Shown: one piece after another, positions 10,760 to 19,891 of the stretch
How positions within the stretch are numbered: position 1 is the stretch's first letter
Layout: the number at the start of each line of letters is the position of its first letter
Source: Trichomonas gallinae
Lineage: Eukaryota
NCBI GenBank assembly: GCA_008369845.1
Contig: MRSU01009652.1
Location: 62,001 to 93,776 of the forward strand
DNA: 31,776 bases
Direction: 5' to 3'
Notes under the pieces: model-generated
What the model saw: only the letters and a program-made list of their open reading frames with translations
What the model was told of the DNA's origin: nothing
Databases searched by the model: none
Made by a program: the position numbers and the translations under genes

Positions 10760-11053
10760 TACTATCCACAAAAATGATTTTGCCATCATTTTGATGGAAG
10801 TTCATTCAAATTTTTTCACAAATATTTTTTAGTTTTATTTGTTGTTATGTATAAAACTTGCTTTCAACTAAGTATCAACAATTCTTTAATTTTATCCGTA
10901 GCTGTTCATTAATAAAATTTATGAGTTTTTTTAATTTGAGTTTTTGTAGTAAATTGGCTGAGAAGATGTCTAATATTCAGAGCTTATTAAAGATGTTTTT
11001 TTGTAGAAAATGCTAACTCTCCCATCTTGTTGTTGAAATAATTTTTTTTAATC

Positions 11054-11640
11054 GAGAAAATTGGTGATTAGAGAGATATTTCTACAGACATTCCATCGGA
11101 ACTATCAATATAGAGACAATGTATCTAATCAAATTGATATAATAACTAAATCAAAAATTTATGTAAATTTGTGATTTTCATTTGAAAGACAATTTGTCTG
11201 ATAGAATATATAATTTTGCGAATAAACCAAGAAATCTTTACAGAAAATATTATATCGTGCATCATTTTGTGTATTAAATTTTGTTATTTCGAGAAAATCA
11301 ATGAATAGAGAGATGTTTCTACAGACAACTTAATCCAATGGCTAATGAAGAGATACTCTATTGACCAAAAAATAAGTAATAACTAAATCAAAAATTCTTG
11401 CGAAGTTTTGATTTTCATTTTTAATGCAATTTGTCTGATCAATTATCTAAACTGTTTGAATGCATCAAGAAATCTTTGCATAAAATATTGTCTTATGCAT
11501 CATTTTGTTGTATAAATTTTGTTTTATCAAGAAAATCAGCAATTAAAGAGATGTTTCCATAGATTGATTAATGAGATAGCCAATGTAAAGATACTCTGTT
11601 GACTAAAAAAGGTATAATGTCCAATCCAAAATTATTTACA
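11054..11640. repeat. Degenerate tandem repeat, ~237-238-bp unit, ~2.4 copies, directly upstream of RPC1
   Basis: Units start at ~11054, 11291 and 11529 with (G/A)AGAAAAT...AGAGAT(A/G)TTTC. Units 1 and 2 share TAATAACTAAATCAAAAATT, TGATTTTCATTT, CAATTTGTCTGAT, CAAGAAATCTTT and TGCATCATTTTGT. Confidence 0.85.
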
Positions 11641-11669
11641 GAAAAAAATTCCGCCAAAATTGTCTTAGT

Positions 11670-11678
11670 GTCACTTTT
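11670..11678 (+). promoter_or_regulatory. Initiator (Inr)-like element of RPC1
   Basis: GTCACTTTT about 20-27 nt upstream of ATG 11697, matching the TCA(+1)Y(T/A) Inr typical of trichomonad promoters. Confidence 0.55.
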
Positions 11679-11696
11679 TATCGTTCAAAAAGAGGA

Positions 11697-14600
11697 ATGC
11701 AAAGGGAGAATGATCATTTTGTGAAACGCATTGCCCCACAGTCCTCAACGCCCAACAAAATCACCAGGCTCGACTTTTCCATCATGGACACACAAGAAAT
11801 CAGGAAATTAAGTACTGTTTTCGTCCATGAAAATGAATTATACGAACCGAGGGACTTAAAACCAAAAGTTGGCGGTACATTGGACCTCAGGCTTGGTGCT
11901 GCATCGAAGAATCAGATCTGTCAGACTTGCGGCCAGCCACAGGAAAATTGCCCTGGACATTTTGGCTCTTTGGAGCTTGTTTTACCAGTATACAACATTG
12001 GTTTTTACCCAGCAATCTTACACTGCTTGAAATGCATCTGCAAAACATGCTCAAACATCTTACTTCCGAATGATGAAATCAATTCTCGTCTTAAAAAATT
12101 ATATTCGAAGCCACCACAGACTGTTGCCGCTAAGATCGATCGCGTTAAGACACTTATGAAGGAGTGCGAGAAGGTAACGATTTGTCCACACTGTGGAGCT
12201 ATTAATGGACCAGTGAAAAAGACGAAAACAACATTAATTATCACGCATAACGTTGGTCAGAAGAACGATAAGCTTCGTGATCCATTTATTTCTAAATTTA
12301 ACAAACTCGATATCAAGGGAGATGATTATAAGAAGTATTTAAACAACATTTGCGAAGATATTACACCACTTAGAGCACTTCAGCTCTTCAAAGCAATTCC
12401 AACACGCCAAGTTCCACTCCTTTTGAGTGGTTTTTCAGTCTCTTCTCCAGCAGATATGATTATCTCGTCAATCGTTATTCCTCCGAACTGCATTCGTCCA
12501 GCAGTCATTGCAGCTGGTGAAGGCACGAACCAGGATGATCTTACTGTTCGTCTTGTCGACTCCGTTCATTTTAATGATGAAATCAGAAAATCTATCGACG
12601 TTGGCCGCCAAGCGAGCTCAACAATGGAATTATGGAGCTCATTACAACAAAATGTTAACAGCTCAATCAACTCAGAAGCAGCAGATACAGCAGCGAAAAC
12701 AAAGAAAAAGAATAAGCCAGTTATCGGTGTCATTCAGCGTCTTAAAGGCAAACAAGGCCGTTTCCGTACAAATCTTTCAGGCAAGCGCGTCAATTACTCG
12801 GGTAGAACAGTTATTTCGCCAGATCCAAACGTAAACGTTGACCAAGTCGTTATTCCAGTCAGCATGGCCAAGATTCTTACATTTCCAACACGCGTTACTA
12901 AATTCAACATGAATCAGCTAAAAAGATATATCATGAACGGCCCAGAAATCTATCCAGGCGCCAACAACATCATCAAAGCGGATACAGGCTTCAAGCTCTC
13001 CCTCGCTTACGGTAACAAGAAGCAGAGAGCCGATGAACTTCGCGAAGGAGATATCGTCGAGCGCCATTTATTAGATAACGACACAGTTCTCTTCAACCGT
13101 CAGCCTTCTCTCCACAGAATCTCCATCATGGGATTCAGAGCCAAGGTTATGGAGTGGTGCACAATGAGATTCAACGAATCAGTTTGCGCGCCATTCAACG
13201 CCGATTTCGATGGTGATGAAATGAACGTCCACTTACCGCAGACATTAGAAGCTGCCGCAGATGCAAGATATTTGATGAATGTTTTATATAATCTTTTCTC
13301 TCCACGTGCTGGTGAAATGATTGTCGCTCCAACACAAGATTTCCTTTCAGGTGCATTTATTCTCACAAGAAAGAACGTTTTCCTCGATTATTCGCACATG
13401 ATGTTCTTAGTTAGCCAAATTTTCGACAATCTTGAGGAAGTAGACATTCCACCTCCAGCTATCATCAAGCCACATCAATTATGGACAGGCAAACAAATCG
13501 TTTCTCTCATGATTGCGCCAAATAAGAAATCAAAATTACATTTTACGCACGCAGTCGGCAACAAGGAATACACAGGCAACAAGGAAATGTGCAAACGCGA
13601 CGGTTACGTTTCTTTCTTGGACGATTACATGGTTTCTGGCGTTCTTGAAAAATCTTTAATCGGCGGTGGCCCAAAGTCTTTGTGGGCAATTATGGCACGC
13701 GACCACAGCCCGAAGTTTGCCGCTGTTTGCATGCAGAGAATCGCTAAGATGTCTTGCAGGTATTTGATGAACAGAGGTTTTTCAATCGGTATCATGGATG
13801 TTTGCCCAGATGAGAACCTCACTAACAACAAGAACGCGCAGATCCAGAAGACATATCAAGATTGCTACGACAAAATCGCAGAATTCGATTCAGGAAAGCT
13901 CGAAGCTGCTCCAGGTATGACAAAACTCGCCACACTCGAAGCATTCTTGAATGGACAGCTCTCAGAACTTAGAAACAAGATCGGCAAAATGGCCATGGCT
14001 GAATTATCACCAATTAACACTCCACTCGTTATGGCTAAGTCCGGCGCTAAAGGTTCTGACATCAACATCTGCCAAATGATGGCTTGCCTTGGTCAGCAGT
14101 CTGTTGGCGGCAAAAGAATTATTGATGATTTCATCGATCGTTCAATTCCGCACTTCAAACACGGCTCCAAGGATCCAATCTCAAAGGGTTTCATCGCAAA
14201 CTCTTTCTACACAGGCCTATCTCCATCAGATTTCTTCTTCCACACAATGGGTGGCAGAGAAGGTCTCGTCGACGCTGCCGTTAAGACAGCGCAGACAGGC
14301 TACATGCAGCGCAGACTCATGAAGTCTCTCGAAGACTTAGTCATTGCCTACGACCAAACAGTTAGAATGTCAGATGGAACAATCGTCCAATTCACTTATG
14401 GTGATGATGGCTTAGATCCTCTTTCTCTTGAGACAACATACTTCCCAGTCGACTTGAACAGAGTTTCCCAGGAGTACTTGTTCACTTATAGCCAGGAGCC
14501 GCTTCTCGATCAGTTCGAAGCACGAGACATTATAGAAGAGAAGTTCGAGAACATCAGGAAGGTCCAGGAATCGCGCGGATTGGTCAGAGTTCCGGCTTTC

Positions 14601-16757
14601 TTGATAGACAGACTCCAGCAGTACGTCAGCGATTTACTCAAGAAGTATATCGATGCAAACGACCAATTCATAGGCGAAGACAAGTCTAAAGATGTATACA
14701 TCAGAGCGCACATTCCATTCACACGTGCATTCGTTGACAATTTCGTCGACTTCTGCATGCATAGGTGCGAGAAGTCAATGGCTGAGCCAGGTTCTACAGT
14801 CGGTGCCGTCGCGGGCCAGTCAATCGGTGAGCCAGCAACACAGATGACTTTGAGATCTTTCCACTTCGCTGGTGTCGCGTCAATGAACGTCACTCTCGGT
14901 GTTCCTAGAATCGAGGAAGTCATGAACGCTGTCTCTGAGATCAAGACGCCAATCATCACTGCGAACTTGTTGAGCGAAAAGGACGAGATCGCAGCGAGAA
15001 TCGTCAAAGGTATAATAGACAGAGTCACTCTCGGACAGGTTTGCAAGCACATCGAGTACAACCAGAACGAGAAGTCCTGCTACATCGATATAGAACTCGA
15101 CGCTGAAATCATCAGAGAAGCGAAACTCAACATTTCATCCGAGACAGTCAGAAGGTCTATTGTCAACACACCAAAGATCGGCGTCAAGGACGAAAACACA
15201 GCAAACAACGGCGACTACAACGTAAGAGTTTTCATGCAGGGAGCCAATCCAAAGGCTTTCTCCTTCATCATGCAGCAGTTGATGCTCAAGTTACCAGATG
15301 TTGTCGTCTCCGGTGTCCCAGGCGTCGAAAGAGTCCACGTCGGCAAGGAGAACAACTGCTTCAAGCTGTTCGTCGAAGGTAATCCATTCCTTAAGGTCCT
15401 CAATACTCCAGGTATTGACCCGAAGAGAACAGTATCGAACCACGTCTTGGACGTCGAGAAGGTTCTCGGTGTCGAAGCAGCCAGATCAGTCATCATCTCA
15501 GAAATCTCTAACGTCATGAAGAACTACTCTTTGAACATCGATAGGAGACACTTGATGCTCCTTTCAGACTTGATGACAATCAGAGGCAAAGTCCTCGGCG
15601 TCACAAGACACGGTCTCGCAAAGACATCAGTTTCATCACTCAAACTCGCTTCTTTCGAAACAACTCAAGAGCACCTCTTCAACGCCGCCTTCCACAACGT
15701 CGATGAAGTCGCAAACGGTGTCTCTGCTTCTGTTATCCTCGGCAACTTTGCGCCAATCGGCTCAGGCATGATCGACGTTTTAGTTTCCGACGAACTGATC
15801 AAGAGGCCAGTCTTAACACCAAGAGTCCATTTGATTGAAGATTTCATTAATCCTATGTTCATGAAGGATCCATTAGTCACACACGACGGATTCCTTAAGC
15901 CGCAGTACTCAGTCAAGTCCTATCTTTCCCTCGAGAAGTTCCTCAAGCCGGAGTTTTTGACACAAGAAGGATTCTTGAAGCCTGAATATCTCAAGCTCGA
16001 GAAATTCCTGAAGAAAGAAATCTTGGCCAAGCACAACGACAAAGAAGATCCATTCTCCATCTACACAGAGGATGGCTCAGTCAATCCAGAATTGCTGACA
16101 AAGGATGGATTGCTGAAGAGATCCGTTTTGGAGACAGAAAAGTTCTTCTCGACAGACTTCATCACGTCGGAAGGAATTTTGTCTCCACGCGACTTGATTC
16201 TTCCTTCATACCTCTCAAGAAACATGCACATCAAGCGCGACATGCTCGATGATGACGGCAGACTCAAGAAGGAATACTTGAACGATGATGGAACAGTTAA
16301 AGACGAGTTGCAAAGACCTGAAGGCAGGCCAATACCTGCTGCATTCATCAAGCAGGAATTCTTGACGAGAGACGGCTTGCTTAAGAAGGAGTTCTACACA
16401 TCAAATGGCCTCCTTCAAGCCAAGAACTTCCTCAAGCACGACTTCATCAACCAGCACGGCGAGCCAATACCAGACTTCGAGCTCAAGCCGGAATATCTCA
16501 CAAAGGACGGAATGTTGAAGATGGAATATATAGCGGACGAAAACGGCCACAACACTAAATGCTACATCAAGCCAGAGTTCATGAAGCAGATGTACTGGTG
16601 GCCGAAGTACACTGGCCCAGAGTACGTCAAAGAGGAGCTTCTCAAGCCAGATAATTTCATCAACCAGAATTTCATGAAACCGCAGTTCTTGACACCACAA
16701 CCACAATCCAAGTATAGAGATCAGATCGATAGAGGAACATTCAAGCTTAAGAAATAA
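11697..16757 (+). CDS. RPC1: DNA-directed RNA polymerase III largest subunit with a ~320-aa repetitive C-terminal extension (1686 aa)
   Basis: Catalytic NADFDGDEMN preceded by the Pol III-type RFNESVCAPF; LKGKQGRFRTNLSGKRV; clamp zinc sites CQTC..CPGHFG and CKTC..CPHC; FFFHTMGGREGL; trigger loop QMTLRSFHFAGVASMNVTLGVPRI; canonical end LASFE..HLF.AA...GVSASVILG...IGSG near aa 1360. No YSPTSPS heptads. Confidence 0.95.
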   Translation: MQRENDHFVKRIAPQSSTPNKITRLDFSIMDTQEIRKLSTVFVHENELYEPRDLKPKVGGTLDLRLGAASKNQICQTCGQPQENCPGHFGSLELVLPVYNIGFYPAILHCLKCICKTCSNILLPNDEINSRLKKLYSKPPQTVAAKIDRVKTLMKECEKVTICPHCGAINGPVKKTKTTLIITHNVGQKNDKLRDPFISKFNKLDIKGDDYKKYLNNICEDITPLRALQLFKAIPTRQVPLLLSGFSVSSPADMIISSIVIPPNCIRPAVIAAGEGTNQDDLTVRLVDSVHFNDEIRKSIDVGRQASSTMELWSSLQQNVNSSINSEAADTAAKTKKKNKPVIGVIQRLKGKQGRFRTNLSGKRVNYSGRTVISPDPNVNVDQVVIPVSMAKILTFPTRVTKFNMNQLKRYIMNGPEIYPGANNIIKADTGFKLSLAYGNKKQRADELREGDIVERHLLDNDTVLFNRQPSLHRISIMGFRAKVMEWCTMRFNESVCAPFNADFDGDEMNVHLPQTLEAAADARYLMNVLYNLFSPRAGEMIVAPTQDFLSGAFILTRKNVFLDYSHMMFLVSQIFDNLEEVDIPPPAIIKPHQLWTGKQIVSLMIAPNKKSKLHFTHAVGNKEYTGNKEMCKRDGYVSFLDDYMVSGVLEKSLIGGGPKSLWAIMARDHSPKFAAVCMQRIAKMSCRYLMNRGFSIGIMDVCPDENLTNNKNAQIQKTYQDCYDKIAEFDSGKLEAAPGMTKLATLEAFLNGQLSELRNKIGKMAMAELSPINTPLVMAKSGAKGSDINICQMMACLGQQSVGGKRIIDDFIDRSIPHFKHGSKDPISKGFIANSFYTGLSPSDFFFHTMGGREGLVDAAVKTAQTGYMQRRLMKSLEDLVIAYDQTVRMSDGTIVQFTYGDDGLDPLSLETTYFPVDLNRVSQEYLFTYSQEPLLDQFEARDIIEEKFENIRKVQESRGLVRVPAFLIDRLQQYVSDLLKKYIDANDQFIGEDKSKDVYIRAHIPFTRAFVDNFVDFCMHRCEKSMAEPGSTVGAVAGQSIGEPATQMTLRSFHFAGVASMNVTLGVPRIEEVMNAVSEIKTPIITANLLSEKDEIAARIVKGIIDRVTLGQVCKHIEYNQNEKSCYIDIELDAEIIREAKLNISSETVRRSIVNTPKIGVKDENTANNGDYNVRVFMQGANPKAFSFIMQQLMLKLPDVVVSGVPGVERVHVGKENNCFKLFVEGNPFLKVLNTPGIDPKRTVSNHVLDVEKVLGVEAARSVIISEISNVMKNYSLNIDRRHLMLLSDLMTIRGKVLGVTRHGLAKTSVSSLKLASFETTQEHLFNAAFHNVDEVANGVSASVILGNFAPIGSGMIDVLVSDELIKRPVLTPRVHLIEDFINPMFMKDPLVTHDGFLKPQYSVKSYLSLEKFLKPEFLTQEGFLKPEYLKLEKFLKKEILAKHNDKEDPFSIYTEDGSVNPELLTKDGLLKRSVLETEKFFSTDFITSEGILSPRDLILPSYLSRNMHIKRDMLDDDGRLKKEYLNDDGTVKDELQRPEGRPIPAAFIKQEFLTRDGLLKKEFYTSNGLLQAKNFLKHDFINQHGEPIPDFELKPEYLTKDGMLKMEYIADENGHNTKCYIKPEFMKQMYWWPKYTGPEYVKEELLKPDNFINQNFMKPQFLTPQPQSKYRDQIDRGTFKLKK
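15837..16700 (+). repeat. Coding repeat array in the RPC1 tail: degenerate ~11-aa units [LIV]-K-x-E-[FY]-L-T-x-D-G-x
   Basis: LKPEFLTQEGF, VNPELLTKDGL, IKRDMLDDDGR, LKKEYLNDDGT, IKQEFLTRDGL, LKKEFYTSNGL, LKPEYLTKDGM and further partial copies. Confidence 0.85.
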
Positions 16758-16852
16758 GCTATTTGAATAATTTATTTTATTTTTTTTATTTATGTAATTT
16801 AATGCCATAATAATCTTATATATTAAAAGTCTTTTTGATAAACTTGTTTAGA

Positions 16853-16860
16853 GTCATTTT
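16853..16860 (+). promoter_or_regulatory. Inr-like element of the RING gene
   Basis: GTCATTTT ending 5 nt before ATG 16866. Confidence 0.5.
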
Positions 16861-16865
16861 TATTG

Positions 16866-17768
16866 ATGGAAAAAAAGAAGATATGGAAAGTTGAAGGTTC
16901 ATTCTCATTAAACTATGCAATGTTCGAACTTGTCACTTTGGTTTTCTTATGTTTCATATTCTTAGCGAATTACTGGAAAGCGGCGCTTTATTTTCTATTC
17001 ATTATTATAATATTCTTTTTTCTCGAATTCAACATGCATACAACTATAGACCAGATGATTTCTAATCATGATTTTACAATATCATACGGATCTTTCCTAT
17101 TTAAAGGAATTTTTGTATTTTTCATCGCGATTTATTTTACATTTAGCGCTTTTGATAAACTACCAGAAGAACTATACGAAAAAGGAAGCCTCTCATTCAT
17201 GACAATCTATTCCACAACGTCAATTTATTCGCTGATTATATTTTTATTCTTTTATACATTCAAATCTATATGTATCGGCCTTAAATTAGTGTCTATATAC
17301 GATTTAAAGCGCGGATTTTTTGGTTTACTTTACCGCTGGGTTATATTTTTAAGAACATTATTTGTAACGAAATATTGGCTCCAATACTTTTCCAGGAGAC
17401 ACAATGTATCAATCATATACGAAATAGAACATCCAACTTTCGATTTACTGCATTTTTACATTGCATTGAAATCTTTGTATCTTGCTTTCCTTATTTGGGA
17501 TCTGGACAACATCAGGAGATACATTAAACGAGTTATATATAAAATGTTCGAATTATCAACGCAACATCACATTTGCCAAGTTTGCAGAAAAGGGCCTCAA
17601 GACTTAGTTTTATTGAAGTGTGAACATACATTATGCGAAGAATGCGCTAAAACACTACTAACTGCTGACCCATTTTGTCCATTCTGCTATTCAGTTGTTT
17701 ATGATGGCCCAGAGTTCTCATACTTAGACGGAACAATTTCTTTTTCATCAATTTTTTGCTGTTTGTAA
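16866..17768 (+). CDS. Multi-pass membrane C3HC4 RING E3 ligase, RNFT1/2-like (300 aa)
   Basis: Several hydrophobic segments followed by CQVC-x11-CEH-x2-CEEC-x11-CPFC. The terminal YLDGTIS recalls the DG.TS motif at the end of RNFT proteins. ATG at 16866 (the ORF track starts at TTG 16863). Confidence 0.8.
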   Translation: MEKKKIWKVEGSFSLNYAMFELVTLVFLCFIFLANYWKAALYFLFIIIIFFFLEFNMHTTIDQMISNHDFTISYGSFLFKGIFVFFIAIYFTFSAFDKLPEELYEKGSLSFMTIYSTTSIYSLIIFLFFYTFKSICIGLKLVSIYDLKRGFFGLLYRWVIFLRTLFVTKYWLQYFSRRHNVSIIYEIEHPTFDLLHFYIALKSLYLAFLIWDLDNIRRYIKRVIYKMFELSTQHHICQVCRKGPQDLVLLKCEHTLCEECAKTLLTADPFCPFCYSVVYDGPEFSYLDGTISFSSIFCCL

Positions 17769-17991
17769 ATATTATTATCTATCTTTTCGATAATCAACAT
17801 TATTCAAATGTTTTTCTGTATTTTATTATGCAATACTGGAATGCATCTATTTAGTTTTACTTTTCCAAATACATCTTCGGTTGAATTCGAATGTTTTAAC
17901 AATGTTTGCAAAAATATCATATTAATAAGCTGTATATAACTCATTATGACGGCAGAAATGTTTTTCTATAACAAATACATGTATTGTTGCT

Positions 17992-18083
17992 TCAAAAACT
18001 TGTCATCGCCTGATTATAAAATTGATTATTATTAAATTAATAAATTCTCTTATAATAAACATGAGGCGGCGACAGGTTCTTGA
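17992..18083. repeat. Imperfect inverted repeat (20-bp arms, 16/20 match) around an AT-rich, partly self-complementary core
   Basis: TCAAAAACTTGTCATCGCCT (17992-18011) versus the reverse complement of AGGCGGCGACAGGTTCTTGA (18064-18083). Confidence 0.6.
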
Positions 18084-18604
18084 TGAAACTATATATAATT
18101 AATTATAGCTTTTCTAGAAAAAACAACTTTTTTACAAAACAGATTTTAAACATTACATGACAATTTTGACATGTAAATCAAAAGTTGTCATTTTTAAAAA
18201 TTTACCAATGGATGGAATCTTTCGAAATTCAAAATGCCAATATGTCCAAATCGATAAATTTTTCGCAATCTTTATAACGGGCGATGCCTTCAGAAGCCCA
18301 AGATCAAACAGTGAATAAAAATATTGAAGTTCTGAAAAAATTACGAATTTCAAGTGAAATGTTTGACAAAATCTATGTTATCATATTATTTTTGTTCAAA
18401 AATGACTCTAAGTGCTCCTGATAATAAATGCTGATCAATGGATGATATGTCGAATTGCGTATGCTTATAGATAAAATTTAGCTATTTAAATCTTAACTAT
18501 CGGCGTGAAATTGCTTTTTTATTATGTAACTATTTTTTTGACATGTAAACATAAATGTGACACTGCATCAAAATAAATGAAATGATGTTGAAATTAAAAT
18601 ATAT

Positions 18605-19489
18605 ATGATAGACGCGGCTGCTATCACTGGAGAGTCATTGTATGCAACTAAAAATGTCACACAGATGAATGCTGTGCAGTTGAGAAGACTGCAGAAGGCT
18701 CAGTTGATTCAAATGCTCACGGATTACAATATTGTAGTTCCTGAGAGCGCCACTAAGGAAGTTCTCATTAGAATGTTATTACAGAAAGCAGAATCACCTG
18801 TAATAGATCAAAAAGCTAAGAATATGAAGATGATATCAGAAGATCTTATTGATGATGAAAGAAATGACGTTTCAAGGCTTGAATCAATCAAACCAGAGAA
18901 TGTGGAACCAAACGTTGAGCTTGTTGGCAAGAATATCAACAAAATTCTGATCAAAGAGAAAGAATCAAGTGATTTGGATATAGAGGCTGTTCACGATGTT
19001 TCATATGTCTCAAATGATGAGTTACCAGAACAAATGCATCCAGAAGAACAAAAATCAGATGAGAATAATCTTGAAGACCACAATATTGCTCGTTTCAACA
19101 AAACACCAGAATTAACACACATATTCTCATCATCCTCAACAAGTTCCACTCCATCAATAGCTTCAAGAGTATCAGAGCTTTCATCTTTATCTCCAACTAC
19201 AGTTAAACCTGTTCAATCACAGATGAATACACCTTCTATGCTATCAAAGAATGAAGACAATGAATCCACGGTTGTTGCAAAAGAAGAAACCTTATTATTT
19301 GTCGAATCCCGAAAAGTTCATCTTTTCCCATTACTCGCTTTGATTGTTGGCATTTTATTGCTAATATCAAGCTTGGTTCTCATCTTTCGAGTTGTTGTTC
19401 TTCATCAGATTCGGATTGATTTTTTTGCGATTTTGGTCAAGATTCATTTCGCAATCAAAGAGAAGGCTCAAAGATTATTAAGAAAGTGA
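18605..19489 (+). CDS. Putative inner-nuclear-membrane protein: N-terminal HeH/LEM/SAP-like domain, acidic and Ser-rich linker, C-terminal TM helix (294 aa)
   Basis: LQKAQLIQMLTDYNIVVPESATKEVLIRMLL fits a helix-extension-helix pattern; SSSSTSSTPS linker; TM LFPLLALIVGILLLISSLVLIF near the C-terminus. Confidence 0.6.
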   Translation: MIDAAAITGESLYATKNVTQMNAVQLRRLQKAQLIQMLTDYNIVVPESATKEVLIRMLLQKAESPVIDQKAKNMKMISEDLIDDERNDVSRLESIKPENVEPNVELVGKNINKILIKEKESSDLDIEAVHDVSYVSNDELPEQMHPEEQKSDENNLEDHNIARFNKTPELTHIFSSSSTSSTPSIASRVSELSSLSPTTVKPVQSQMNTPSMLSKNEDNESTVVAKEETLLFVESRKVHLFPLLALIVGILLLISSLVLIFRVVVLHQIRIDFFAILVKIHFAIKEKAQRLLRK

Positions 19490-19891
19490 TTAACTTCTTT
19501 GTCAACATCTTATCAATCTAAACATTTTAATTTAATTAATTTTGAAATAAATCATTGTTTTAAACAATGGCAAATAGAAATAATCCAATTCATGTTGTAA
19601 ATGATCAAAATCTATGATAAAATTGCTTTTAAAGCTATAGAACAATATTTATTTAAAATATTTTTCCGAATAATGCATCCATTTCAAAATTATCATGAAA
19701 CTGACTTATAAATTAGATAAATAGTAATATATGCTTTAGCTAAAGGCTCAACTTGCAATGTTGTAGGTGAATTTTTAAAGAATTTAATTTCTTCTTGTGT
19801 ACTTGTGTGTAATAAAGAAGTGTCGTATATCATACATAATAACAAACAAATTTACTCATATAAAACAAACAAATTTGCTTAATTTCCATGG

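Noticed and set aside
11054..11640. CRISPR array or decayed coding repeat
   Set aside because: Eukaryotic context, no short identical repeats with unique spacers, no cas genes, and stops in the frames inspected.
11697..16757. Interpretation as RPB1 (Pol II) with a divergent CTD
   Set aside because: Diagnostic segments (GKQGRFRxNLSGKRV, RFNExVCxP, FHFAGVASMNVTLGVPRI, LASFE..HLF.AA) are Pol III type, and the tail is not S/P/T/Y-rich.
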